A stretch of 48,983 nt of DNA, counting the filler, from Catajapyx aquilonaris (Eukaryota): NCBI GenBank assembly GCA_000934665.2. It is 3 parts of 3 records of this genome, joined end to end, with 100 filler letters (N's around TTAATTAATTAA, not from the genome) between each part and the next. Parts side by side here need not be neighbours in the genome. Positions count along the whole stretch, not along the records: positions 32,837 to 48,983 come from JYFJ02007278.1; 2 more parts are not named here. One strand, written 5' to 3'. Below, piece after piece: positions 34,881 to 46,661 of the stretch (its first letter is position 1; every line of letters begins with the position of its first letter). Under the pieces are notes generated by a model that was not told the DNA's origin, did no database searches, and worked only from the letters and a program-made list of their open reading frames with translations. The translations under genes and the position numbers were made by a program.

Positions 34881-35678
34881 TGGTTTCAGGAGTTGGGCTG
34901 GGAACAGTGGGAGGTGGTTACAAGAGCCCAATATAGGTTTTGAAAAAGATCTGATCATTTGGGAAGGTTTAGGGTCGGTGACAGAGCAAGGTTTTATGGA
35001 AGTACTGGAGGTAATCTCATTATAGATTTATTTATGCGGAATGTACGTACGAGCGTCATGTCTTCATTTATAGTCCTCCCCCTCCATTTTCTGGGTTATG
35101 GTTGTAATCCTTGCACTGCATGCCGTGATTGGGATGTGTGATGATCTGATGTTGCAAAGATAACTGATGTCGCATATCATGTCAGTGAATATTTATTCCA
35201 TAAAATTTTTTTAATTCTGTTTTTATATGAAATCATTGCATTTATCATTATATGGGAGTGTTTGTGAGTCACAATATCCGTGACAGATTCTTGACAAAAA
35301 TGCAGAAGTTGTGGATCGAAGGAAACTATATTGCAGACACAGTGTTCGGCTATATTATAATGTCCTCCACCTGCCCCTGTGCTGCACCATGCGTCTAATA
35401 CACCTGATTATGACAGAGTTGTGTCGATCTTATGCATTTTATTTCTGATGACCATTAACCGTGACCTATGATGACCAGGTGATTCTTGACCTTTCATTGA
35501 CTATACACAGGTAAGGCTATTTATTTTCCATTGTACGTACTAATACGGACTAATAGAGAGGTTAGAAAAACTTCACATATTGAATTCAGTGTCAGATATG
35601 CCTGGTGTTGAGGGACAAACTTGGTCCTACAATCGTTTCCAATGTTTTCGCTTCTCTCTAGTGTCTAAACATCTATAT

Positions 35679-36576
35679 CCTCCTGAGACCTGAGACGCAT
35701 TTTTTAACGCAATGTCAGTTCCTATTGCATTTTCTGAACATGTTCCCAATAAGAAACGAGAAAAAATTTTTAGTTTTAAAATATCGACAAAAATGGCGAC
35801 AAACAACCAATGAGAACATTAGGACCCAATTGGTGCTACAAAAGCAGAACGGATGAAAGCTGAAAATTGAAATACCACTTAATGGATCACTCACATAGTG
35901 CTCTATCCTCCAAACAATGTTTTTAAAATTCATTTGTGGAATTAGTGGTAGCAATTCCTCTCAGAAGACAATTAGAGATAAATGAAATTATTTTTGAACG
36001 CCACCACTCCAGGCATGGGGCTTGCTCCTTCCCTTCTTACGCGCTAAAGTGGTACCTTACTATTCTAGATTTTAAAACTGAACTGCATAGTGAAAAGCCC
36101 ACTTCCTTATGGGTGTATAGGTACAGGCACGTAAAGAAAAGTCACACCCATTCAGCTAAAAATGCCATTTTTCGGATGTCCATTTAAATGGACATTTGGT
36201 CTCAGGAAGAAAAGAAAATGACCAGTTCTCTACAGCAACAAAAATTGTCACAGAATCATCTTTTCGCAGTTCCTAAGACACATTCCTTGCGAATCCCAGG
36301 ACATTCACTGCATTGCGAAAATCGCATTCTAAATATGAGTAAAAAAAAATAAAACTGATCAGATGAGCGCCTAGCTTCAGCAGCGGAATCCGCCATTTTG
36401 TCCGCGATTTAATTTTCGCGGCCCAAGCCAGATATTCGACGCTAGGTGGCTACAGCTATTGAGGCCAGATTGTAACCATGGGATACCAACATATTACAGT
36501 TCTGTTGGCATCACTGGTTGGCGCCAAAAAAATCTTTTGCTGATGTCGACATATGACAACACCAGGTCTCAGGAGG
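35679..36576. mobile_element. piggyBac-like non-autonomous element with an ATAT target duplication
   Basis: ATAT|CCTCCTGAGACCTG...CAGGTCTCAGGAGG|ATAT. A second degraded right end lies at about 36198-36209. Confidence 0.75.
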
Positions 36577-37848
36577 ATATTTTTCATACGACATTTTATT
36601 GATATTATTGAAGAAAGTTTTTTTTTGCCAGTCATTGCCACTTTTCAGTCATCGTCATCTCTTCAGTGATGTGCTGATTTTCCACGATGATAAAGTGTAG
36701 CTATAAGCAATAGCGGTCTTAATTTCGATATATGGTAATAGCATGGGCACCTGTCACATTACCTGAGAATGTTGATCCCGCAAGGCATAAGGGTAATAAT
36801 TATACATCAGATTCTTTGTCAAGTAATGTGCATAGTGGCATGTCCTCCTGCAGTTAAAATTTTATATCAGACATTTTTATAAAAAATAGACATGAAACTT
36901 TTTAACCAAGTCGAGAACTATTAGGGGCACGTGTAGAATTTTTCTTAGAAAACTCCGTGGGTCAAAGGTCCCGATTTTTGACCATCATAAATATGGCGCC
37001 TTGGTGATGCATGGTCTTCGTCAAGTTCTTTACAAATTCTTTACTTTTTTACACTGTATGATTGTGGGTTTTTAATGATCATGTCATTGTTATCATCTTC
37101 ATCGCCTTCATTAACACTGCGTGGGCTGACCAGTCAGCAGAGGTGTCATTATGTCGGTCTTAACGAGGTGGTCAGGTAATACCTGGGTAATACGGCCCCT
37201 TTATGGGAACTAATGCCGTGAAGAAATGTATGTATGTATCATTGTATGTAGGCCTATGTATAAATTGGGCCTTTTTCAACAGGTGTGTATTTTAGATGTA
37301 CAGTACGAGATCCCCGGTTCTATTTCGAATCCATCGACATCAAAATCGTAGCTATATGATTCATCTTACGTAGTCTAGCTGGAAACTGAATTATGATATG
37401 TTTTTTTCCCCCCAGGTTGCGTGGTTTTTGCCCTGACCTTGAACCATGAACCTAGGGTACTGAAAAAATGAAGTCAAACTTTCTTTTGCCAGAACAATTT
37501 TACATGCCCAATTAATCAAAAAAATAGATGGTGAACTTCTGATTTTAAAAATGTCTCCTGGAATTGGCCGCCCGCCCGTGATATTAACCCAAGTATTAAC
37601 CTAGATATTAACATTTGATTCCTGAAAGAAGTGGGCGTAAATGCTATATAATCACTGTACCTACTTAAAATATTGAAAAGCACGGGGAAAATAATTCTAG
37701 GAGAGCATTTTGAATAATTTATCATTCGTTGGACCTTCATCCTCTCCACCAATCTAACTCCAATATATTATCGTAGAAGGTCACAACCCCGTGCGAATAT
37801 GACTAACATTATGGTAATCTTGCGATAGACCTCAAGTTCATGATCCGA

Positions 37849-37886
37849 GGGGAATCCCCCCGATGGCAGCTGACTCCTATCATTGG
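37849..37886 (+). promoter_or_regulatory. NF-kB site plus CCAAT box upstream of paralog 2
   Basis: GGGGAATCCCC (37849-37859), ATTGG (37882-37886), and a downstream strong donor CGG|GTAAGT at 38013/38014 (putative non-coding exon 1). Confidence 0.65.
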
Positions 37887-38716
37887 ACAGATGCAGCATC
37901 CGAGACAAGAATATCCTTGAAGAAATTGCAGAAGCTAATTCCGTCACTAGAGTCGACGCTCTCTCTGCATTCAGACAATCTGGTATTCCCTGGATTTTCG
38001 GCACTGCTCTCGGGTAAGTCTCAAGCTCTTTGGTAATAAGTCCGCCAATGAAGTCCGCAAATTGCCGAGTGCGGCTTAATTATATTCTTATCAAGCATTG
38101 AGCTGTCCGATGCAGCCGGCACCACGTGGGACTAATCGGATATTCCCATTAGGTATGCGATATTTTGGAGACGAGAGTACTCGAGAAGGTGCGTCAAGGA
38201 CAAGGTCATTGTAGGCAGAAATAACACTGGTTGTAGGGCAAGGTCGAGGAAAGGGATTTTGGTGTGCCAACGTATATTAGGAGCCATTAAAGAAGTACCA
38301 TATTGATTTAAGGTGGCGGCAGACATTGTGCATGGTCATGACCGGTCATGTGACAGGTATTAAAATATAATTAAAGTGGCGTATCAATATTGAGATATGG
38401 TCACGCGCTTTAAAATGACGACAAATGCAACTTGACTACGGTAAGCCATGTAAAACTCTGATTTTTATTTGTGAACTGTAGTAAAATATATAATAGATTC
38501 ATTTTCCTGGAATGTAAACTATGCAAATTAGCCCCAAACAAGAACACTTAAGTCATGAGCTATGTTCATCGTCTCTATACAGTAGGCCTACATTTACTAC
38601 TTACCACTTGATGAATGATATTTTTCTCATTCTTGCATTTTCCACTTTTTGGGGCCTAATCTACGTATGCAGTTAACCAGTTATACTAATAAATTACTCA
38701 CTCCTCCTTCCTCAGG

Positions 38717-40006
38717 ATGGCTGCTTCTCCATCGGAAAACATCCCCCTAAAGTATCAGGGTCTACTAAATCGGTTGAAGGACCTGCAGTGCCACTTCAAC
38801 TGGAACATACAGGAAGTGGCACTTGAAACTACATGGGAATCTCACATCAAAGATTCTATTCGAAAGGAAGAAGAATCACTTTTTGAATCAGACTCCTCCT
38901 GGAGATACGTTCAAAAGTTTTTCTTGGCGTATTTGTACTACGAGGTGGGCAATGTGGCAGACGCTGAGGGTAAACTGGATGAAGTGGACTTTGATGGCTT
39001 GTCAGACCCCATAGGGAACCGCAAAAAGGGCCTGGAATATGTTAAAGAGGCATTTCAGTCCTTCATCAATTTCAAAAAGAATCTGTGGGTGGAAACAGAG
39101 ATGATTTTGGACAAGCTCAACTACGAAGATTTGCCAGCGGAGGGTCAAGCTGCAGTTTTGGGGCTGAGGGCCAGCAGCCTAGGGGCCGCTGGAATAAGGG
39201 GAACTAAAGCTGGTTTGCCATACATCAGAGAGGCCATCAAATTGGAGCCACACCATGCAGAGTGGCACTTCATGTTAGGGCAGGCTCTTGGGCGCATCCG
39301 TCGACACGAGGCATTCTACGACTGTCCCAACCAGGAAGAAATCCGGGAACAGGAAAGAGCTCTTGCTCTATCAAGACAACAAAATGCCTACTACTTTATT
39401 ACTTCGGCTCAAACATTACAGGAAAAGGCACGACACATGGGTAAAAACAAGATTGGGCCACCAAATCAGATATACACCTTGAATAGAGAAGCCCTCAATT
39501 TGTGCGAAATGGCCATTGACCATGAACCTGATAATCCACAAAATAATATGAGATGTGCTAATGTTTTCATGAAGTCCAAAATTATTCAGGATGGCATAGA
39601 AAAAGCTGAGAGGTGCCTAGAACGTGCCTTGAAAGCTGCTCCTAATAATTCTATGCTGCATGAAAAGATGGGCACTTTTTATTCTGATAAAAAGCGTGAC
39701 TTCGAGAAAGCAAAATATCATTTCAAGAAAGCCATCGAAGTGGCTACAGCCACAGATGGAAACTTCCCTGCTGAATTACGTTTAATAAATATGGAGGTGC
39801 TTACCGACAGACATTATGATCCTGTAAAAAAATTGTCTGAGTTGTTGAAATATGAAAAGTATCAACATAACACCTCATTTGTTGGCTCAATTTACCACAT
39901 GCGTGGTCTCTACCACTGGATCAAGAGACAAGATCTGCAAAACACACTTCAGGATTGGAAACGATCAATTGAAATGAACGAGGAAAATTTTCATGCAATT
40001 TGTCAG
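38717..40006 (+). CDS. IFIT-like TPR protein, paralog 2, main exon (430 codons)
   Basis: Acceptor CTCCTTCCTCAG|G-ATG. LNRLKDLQCHFNW (IFIT-type CHF[T/N]W). TPR helices LAYLYYEVGN, AIKLEPHHAEWH, ALKAAPNNSMLHEKMG, AKYHFKKAIE. Donor CAG|GTAAGT. Confidence 0.88.
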
Positions 40007-40072
40007 GTAAGTGATACGACCAAATTTTCTTCACTACCAAAATAATTCAGTGGTTGATATCAGTGGTTTCAG

Positions 40073-40240
40073 AAATGTTGCTGGAAAGTACTCAGGACAT
40101 TTGGAACTGAGTTGCAAGATCTGGCTGAGAAGCTGGTGATGCATCAGTTGTCAAATTCCCCACCTTTTATAGAAGATGATGTCATGGATGCAATGAATAA
40201 GGCAGCCGTGGCGCTAAGAATATGGTATGGCAGCATATGA
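40073..40240 (+). CDS. Candidate last coding exon of paralog 2 (no RGG tail)
   Basis: TTTCAG|AAA, open phase-0 frame KCCWKVLRTFGTELQDLAEKL...IWYGSI*. Acceptor choice (40064 vs 40073) is uncertain. Confidence 0.45.
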   Translation, partial: KCCWKVLRTFGTELQDLAEKLVMHQLSNSPPFIEDDVMDAMNKAAVALRIWYGSI

Positions 40241-40245
40241 AATAA

Positions 40246-40500
40246 CAGTCCTAGTCTTCCCCATAATGCGATTATGGGGAGGAAAGTGACGGAAATTGAC
40301 GTTATATGCGGGATAAAATAATGTCTCTGGGGACTAGGGAAACTGATCGGTATATTATGCGGGAAAGCGTTAAAAGCGGGAAGTGATATAAGTGGAAAAA
40401 TTTAACATTGGGCCTTATGGGGCTGACCAAGGAACCGGAAAAAGGGTGTTAAAAGCGGGATAGCGTTATATGCGAGAGTGTTATATATCGAGGTTTACTT
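40246..40500. mobile_element. Degraded pogo-type MITE
   Basis: Recurrent GTTATATGCGGGA / GTTAAAAGCGGGA subrepeats and a GAGGTTTACT right-end remnant. Confidence 0.5.
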
Positions 40501-41647
40501 CAGTGCTATAGTGTATAATTGGACATCTTGATCAGGTGCAATTATGTTTAAAATAACAGCTTCGAGTGAAACTTTCCACAATTAAAAGTAAAATGACCCG
40601 CATATTTGGAACTCTCTGTATATGTTGCCATTTTCAAGTGGTCATTATGGCTGCCAGAATTTGGGTTTTCGCTTAGCATTTACTTGCGAAAGAGCAAAGA
40701 ACAAGATAAGGCATGAGTTATATATTGACTTATATAGTACAAAATATCAGGATAATTTTGTAAGTTGGTTATTGTTATAATTTGAATCTTCTATTTCTAG
40801 ATCTGGTAGGTTTCCTGCCATACATGATGAAGGAGCAGTAGATGCGATGAGTAGATGTCTTTCTAACCAGAAGTTTCAGCATAATTATGCAAGTTTATCC
40901 TAATATACCACATATCATTTAATTCCCGGGGTAATATACTGATTAATGTCAGTATGTGAGGAGAGGGAGGAGAGTCACTAGTTGGTCAACAAAGTTAGCA
41001 ATTTTATGTGTTCATTTTTGACAATATATTTGATAATTTTGTGTGAGAAGGGTCACTGGTTGGTCAACTGTCAACAAATTGATGTGTTCATTTCTGACAC
41101 TGTGACATTGCTTACATAACTCACTGGCATATTCCAAGAAATATTTACGACCCCTAGTCATAATATTATGAGATCAATCATTGGTGAGACTCATAAATGC
41201 AAATAAAATCCTTGATTATAAATTTTTGCCATTATTTCCACCCAAGACAGCACTTTAGCACACCTCTCATTTAGCAACTTCCATCATTCTTTATGAAGAC
41301 TGTCGCTGATTTAACTCCCAGCACATTGGCAGAAAACATGTTCACTCTGGCGCAGGCGCAATACATCTAAGGTAAGACCCCCTATATTAATTTTCAGCAT
41401 CAAATTCAACTATCAGTCTGCTCATGGCCTTGCATGAATCATGGTGAGCTTTGATGAACTTCAAGCACTTCCTCCCCGCTCCCGCCTTATTGACAACATG
41501 AAGTACATTAAGGACGCATACTTATCATCAGAACTGGAGCACAATCTGCCCGACATGTTTTTAGATCCATACCAGTCACGTGAAACATTAAAATAAACAA
41601 CTTAGGGGCGGAAAAAAGAGTGTTGCTATGTTTTATGCATATAATCA

Positions 41648-41686
41648 GGGGATTCCCCCCAGGTCTGATCCTCCCAGCAGCATTGG
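41648..41686 (+). promoter_or_regulatory. NF-kB site plus CCAAT box upstream of paralog 3
   Basis: GC box GGGGCGG near 41605, GGGGATTCCCC (41648-41658), ATTGG (41682-41686), candidate donor ACT|GTAAGC at 41872/41873. Confidence 0.6.
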
Positions 41687-42894
41687 CTCAACAGCCCGTC
41701 TCTTGTTGTGTCTACTCGACCGGGGCCTTCACCTTCCCCGTTGCTGATTGCGCTCAGTTTATTCCCCCCACTGGACCAGAGAGGCACACCAGAGAGGCCT
41801 CCTGCAGACAGCTGCAGGTGGCTCAGCAGTGGTACTGTACTGCCAGGCAAGGACACCCAAGCATCTGTCACTGTAAGCAAGCCCACGAAACACAGCGTCG
41901 GAATTTCACCCCGTTACTTTGATTAATTGTGCCAGAAAAAAATGTATTTTAAAGATGCATTGCAAATTTGCAATAATTAATAATAATTTTCGGCAGACTG
42001 TCATGTTCTAATATTGAAAGTGCGGAGTAGTGCCTTCTTCGACGATAGGATAGCGGGTTATTCAATATGGCCGCCTCCTTCATCAGTTGGAATTTGGAAT
42101 CAAAGAGAGGAAAATACGGAAAATATCATTTCCAGGGTTCGGGAGGTTGAAGTTCAGTAAATGTGCTTGTATTACCCCTCCCGTTAGAGGCACAGGACGT
42201 GGAAGACGGTAATGACAGATTATAACGACAATCACAGCACAAATGATAGATCCAGCAAGTGTAATGGGTATACCCCATGGCCCTAATTAGCCACATGGCT
42301 GGGTAATATTGAAATTACATCTCATCTCAGTTGCAGGGGATGCCAGATGGTTTAAACTTACAAACCACAAGATAATATAGGAAAGAGTAATTATTACGTA
42401 AGCGTATAGAAAAAGTGTTCGTGTCCGATGGTGCCCTTATTTTGGTGTGTGTATGATACGTGTTGTATAGCACACACTAGCTAATTAATATACTATAGAG
42501 TTATTTGCCGTTAATTATCCTGTCAGTATGGCCACGTAATTGCAATTTTGGAGCCAGACTATCTAAAGTCCTCTGAAATTTTGGTCTGGTTCGTGATACT
42601 AATATTCAACTCATATTGAACCTAACTACATAAGCCAGAATCGGTTTTTGCTGCAGGAGTGACAACATTTCCAAATTTTACTTCTGGCTTCCGTGTTATG
42701 CGTATCCTTTACACCTAGCATGGCTACAAGGCAGCGTTTGGAAATCACAACACAAAGCAGCTAATACTGAAATCAGATGATTTCGATCAGAGTGAGCTGC
42801 ATTAATATTGCCCCACATGCAGACAATTTCAGGCGTTCGTTTGCAATATATTTATTGTGAGTAGGAAGCTTTAAAGTCCGTCAAACCCATTTTT

Positions 42895-42954
42895 TAGTCA
42901 ACTCTGCATGTAAGCAGACTTATGTTAAAGCCATATTGAAAGGCCAATCCCAAC

Positions 42955-43013
<59 letters not shown>

Positions 43014-43479
43014 TCATACCCCGTTATCAGCCGGCGGCTCTTTAGGGGGGAGTTTTGTTTTGACTGGAACTCTTTGCATTTTTACTTCGCTTTTGGGGAT
43101 AGGATAGGGACGGAAGGAAGCGGCTGTGGCCTATTATTTTAGGAAACAACCCCGGCATTCACCTAGAGGACCGTGGAAAACCACAGAAAACCATGGTTAT
43201 AGGGTTGCCGGCCCCGGGGATTGAACCCAGGACCTCCCGATTAGCAGTCGGATACCATATCCCCTCCGCCACCACTGCTTCGGTTCAATCCCAACATAAT
43301 TACATAGGTACATACATGGCATTATATGGCCTGATAGCCGTTGAACGGCTATCAAGGGGTAAACAAAATAAATAAAATAAAAAATATTATATGGCCTGCG
43401 TATTTGAATATAAGAAACCTTTGTTTGAGGATATTGATTTCCGCTGTCCCTTGAAGTCGCTTACATGCAGAGTTAACTG
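42895..43479. mobile_element. Tc1/mariner/pogo-type MITE interrupted by a SINE
   Basis: AGTCAACTCTGCATGTAAGC...GCTTACATGCAGAGTTAACTG|TA. Confidence 0.75.
42960..43285 (-). mobile_element. Full-length tRNA-derived SINE with an (ATT)n tail and 15-bp TSD
   Basis: TSD CAATCCCAACATAAT at 42945-42959 and 43286-43300. Minus-strand head GTGGCGGAGGGG...GGTTCAATCCCC. (AAT)n runs to 43013 on the + strand. Confidence 0.9.
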
Positions 43480-44956
43480 TACTGAATAATGTAGTAAAAA
43501 ATTAACATTTTTATTGATTCAATTTTGTAAAGCGATAAATCAATACAATACCTGTGGTCCAGTTGTCGGTGTTGCTACCTGTATTTTGGACGGAGTTGGG
43601 TGCAGCTAGCTTCTTATAAATGCTGTTATTAAACCGGGTTTCAATTAAAGTTCTTTACTAACATTAACTATTTACAATGTTTTATTATTATCGTAGCACT
43701 CACAATGCAATTATTCCAAAGTGTCATTATTTACCTTAATCATAATTACAAGAAAGATAATTTACAGAGAGTTCACAATCTCAACAGGTTACGTGCCAAT
43801 GTGAATCCTGAGGGGACTGTTTGTTGTGATAAAGGTATGGCTTATACATGCCTGAATCTTGTGATTATGCCATAGCAGACTGATTTGCTGCTGCGTTATT
43901 CAACCTGCTACCTCTATTAATTATGGTTATGTTCTACTTGCACAGAAGGTGCTTACATTGATAATGACTAAGGAACAGACGTTTATGTTCAAATAGGTGG
44001 GCATTTAGGCTCTGAAAACAGTAAAAATAGGCTCGTAAGTCGTAATAGGCGGTAAAAATGAAGCTGGTCCTCATTTTCATTTATACACAATATTACTCTT
44101 GGAAATGAAATTTTGCAGCTCAGTAACAAACTAGCAGTTGATCCATATTTTAGTTGGATAATTGCAGTTATTCGGCAGCACTTGTCAGACAATACATTTC
44201 TACACGCTGAAAGTGACCTTTTGACGACACACAAAGCAACTGCATCCTACAGTACTTGAAAAATTAAATGTCTTTTATAGCCAGTTCATCTGGCATGCCT
44301 ACTGCTTCTTCGCCCTTCACAGGTTGAAGTGGGAGAGATTCTTTGAACGAAAAACCCACAGAACACTCCAAAACCATGGAAATAGGTGAAAATAGGCCAT
44401 TTAGGCTCCAAAGTCCGAAATGGGCAATTTTAGGGTTGTATAAAACTACGATTTTTGAGGTCCTTGTGTTATGAAACAAATAGATATTTTGGTTCTGGTG
44501 TTCTGTCTACATTATAAAAGGTAGGTATAAAAACCTAGCAATCTGTTCTCTAATAATGACATATCACTGATGATCGGACATATAAACAATTAAGGCTATG
44601 CGCATACATCAGCCTCATTTTTCCCTTTGATTTGCAACCTGGCTGATTCACTTACAGTCTGACATCATAATTTTGTCTCATTTTATTCAGATTCCCTTTG
44701 TGGCTCTGTGGCATGAAATGGGTACTTCCATTACTCTCACGAGCAAGTTATTTCCACATTACTCTAGTCCAGTGTAAGCAAGTTTCATTTTGACTAGCGT
44801 TATGTGTGCGATAATGTTATTGGTGATTGTACTAATTGTACAGTACAATGAGGACTTGTCAATCATTTGAAATGTGTATCTTTTGAACCATATTGCCAAT
44901 GAATCCTTTCATGCGCTGTGCAGTATATGCTGTTACTGTTATGTTTTATTGACAGT

Positions 44957-46354
44957 ATGTCTTGGTTACAGCCGCAAAAAAAAATGGCATCAATGAAGGA
45001 AGAAGAAATCAAGGAGAAAAAAGAAGCTGATATGATCTATGAAATGCTGATGAAACTCAGTGTTTCAGAGGATGGTACCAAAGACAAAAGCAAGAGAGAA
45101 GCCAAACCAGTCAATGCTGCCAGTTTGAAGAAGGCTCTAAAAGGCCTGCAGTGCCATTTCAACTGGAAATTGTTCAACGTGGAGGAGGCAAAAGATGCAA
45201 GCGACCTCGCTGCACAAATGGAGCGGAAGGAGCGTGAAGGCGAGAAAACAGAGGACCCTTGGCGAGACTTTTATCAGGCCGTCTTGCTTGCATTTTGCTA
45301 TGCTGAGAACCGCGATTTTAGAGCAGCCCATGAAACATTGGACCTATGTGTTGAACGTGCTAACAGCCAGCGTAGGATTCGCGCGGGACTCATGTACGTG
45401 TTGGATGCAAACCGTGCTTTTATTCATCATTTGGGAGGTGCACATGAAGAAAGTGATGAAGTTCTGTCCCAGCTTGCAAACTTTGAGGAACTGTCCATAC
45501 CAGACCAGGCAGCTGTCCATGGATTACATGCTGTGTCGCTGATGGAGCAGGGAGTGAGCGGAAGTAAAATGGCCCAAAAGCATGTCCAAAAGGCAATTGA
45601 TTTGGATCCAGATCAAGGGGAGTGGCATTTCTTGATGGGGAAAATACTCCTTCGCATACGGCACCTTGAAGATGCCAACAGTTGCCCCACAGTTAAGGAG
45701 TGCCTGCATTTGGAAAAGGCTGTCGAATTAAGCAGTAATCCCACCCACTACTTATTCTTGGCACAAAGTTTGCGTGAAAAGGCAAAGTACTTTTTCTACA
45801 ACTTTTCACGGGAAGAGTCTGCGAGCAAAGGTGCAGCGGCATTAAACCAACGCTCTTTGGAGTGCTACCAAACAGCACTGAGGATGAATCCGGAGTGTCC
45901 CCGACTGAACATCCGATGTGCAGATGGATTCATGAAGCTCCCAAAACTTTACAGAAACAATGAGCTTGCTGGAAGGTGCCTGAGGAAGGCGCTGGAACTG
46001 GCACCTGACAACAGCATGGTAAATCAGAAGGCAGGATTTTATTATGAGAGAGTCGAAATGGACATGAAGCGGGCTCAGTTGCATTATGAAAGAGCAATTG
46101 AATGTGAGGTAGGAGGAAACTTTCCAGCTCACCTGAACTTGTTCAACCTGAAGTGGAGCCTGGACCGGGACTTTGATCCTTTTCCTGTGATAGCAGACAT
46201 GATGGAAATATTCACTGCCAAAATACAGATTGTGTCAGTGCTGATCATCCGAGGCTTGTGCCAGCTCACACAGAACAAGGACGTGAGAGAGGCCCTGCAG
46301 GATTTCTACAAGGCCGTCGTGGAAAGCAGCACTGATTTTGAACTCAATTTCTTG
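44957..46354 (+). CDS. IFIT-like TPR protein, paralog 3, main exon (466 codons)
   Basis: Acceptor TTTTATTGACAG|T-ATG. Charged N-terminal extension, then LKKALKGLQCHFNW and a TPR array. Donor TTG|GTATTG at the same position and phase as in paralogs 1 and 2. Confidence 0.88.
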
Positions 46355-46661
46355 GTATTGCAACATTTTTTACATTTAATAGGATCTGCCTAATTTCAAA
46401 GTGAATAATTGTGACTTTCAGCTATAGTAAAATAGTAGGTTCCTTTCACGCTGTACAGCAGCATTTAATTTTAAAAGTAAAAAAAAAAAACGTGAACATC
46501 AATAATTAAGTGTGTTTTTTTGTCTAATACATTAACTTTTCTTTCCATTAGTGGTTACAAAAGCATTGTGATAACTGAGCCAAAGTCACTATTCATTTGG
46601 GCAGCCTGAGTTGCACAGTGTGAAGAGTAACTTATTAACAGTCGCTTCCTTTTTTCTGCAG

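Noticed and set aside
34515..34958. Minus-strand TTPG/PPLG repeat ORFs
   Set aside because: Antisense shadows of the GGPR coding repeat; splice sites and paralog homology support the + frame.
40974..41100. ~50-bp diverged direct repeat 3' of paralog 2
   Set aside because: Simple local duplication with no evident function.
42936..43142. Poly-Asn ORF
   Set aside because: It is the (AAT)n tail of a SINE.
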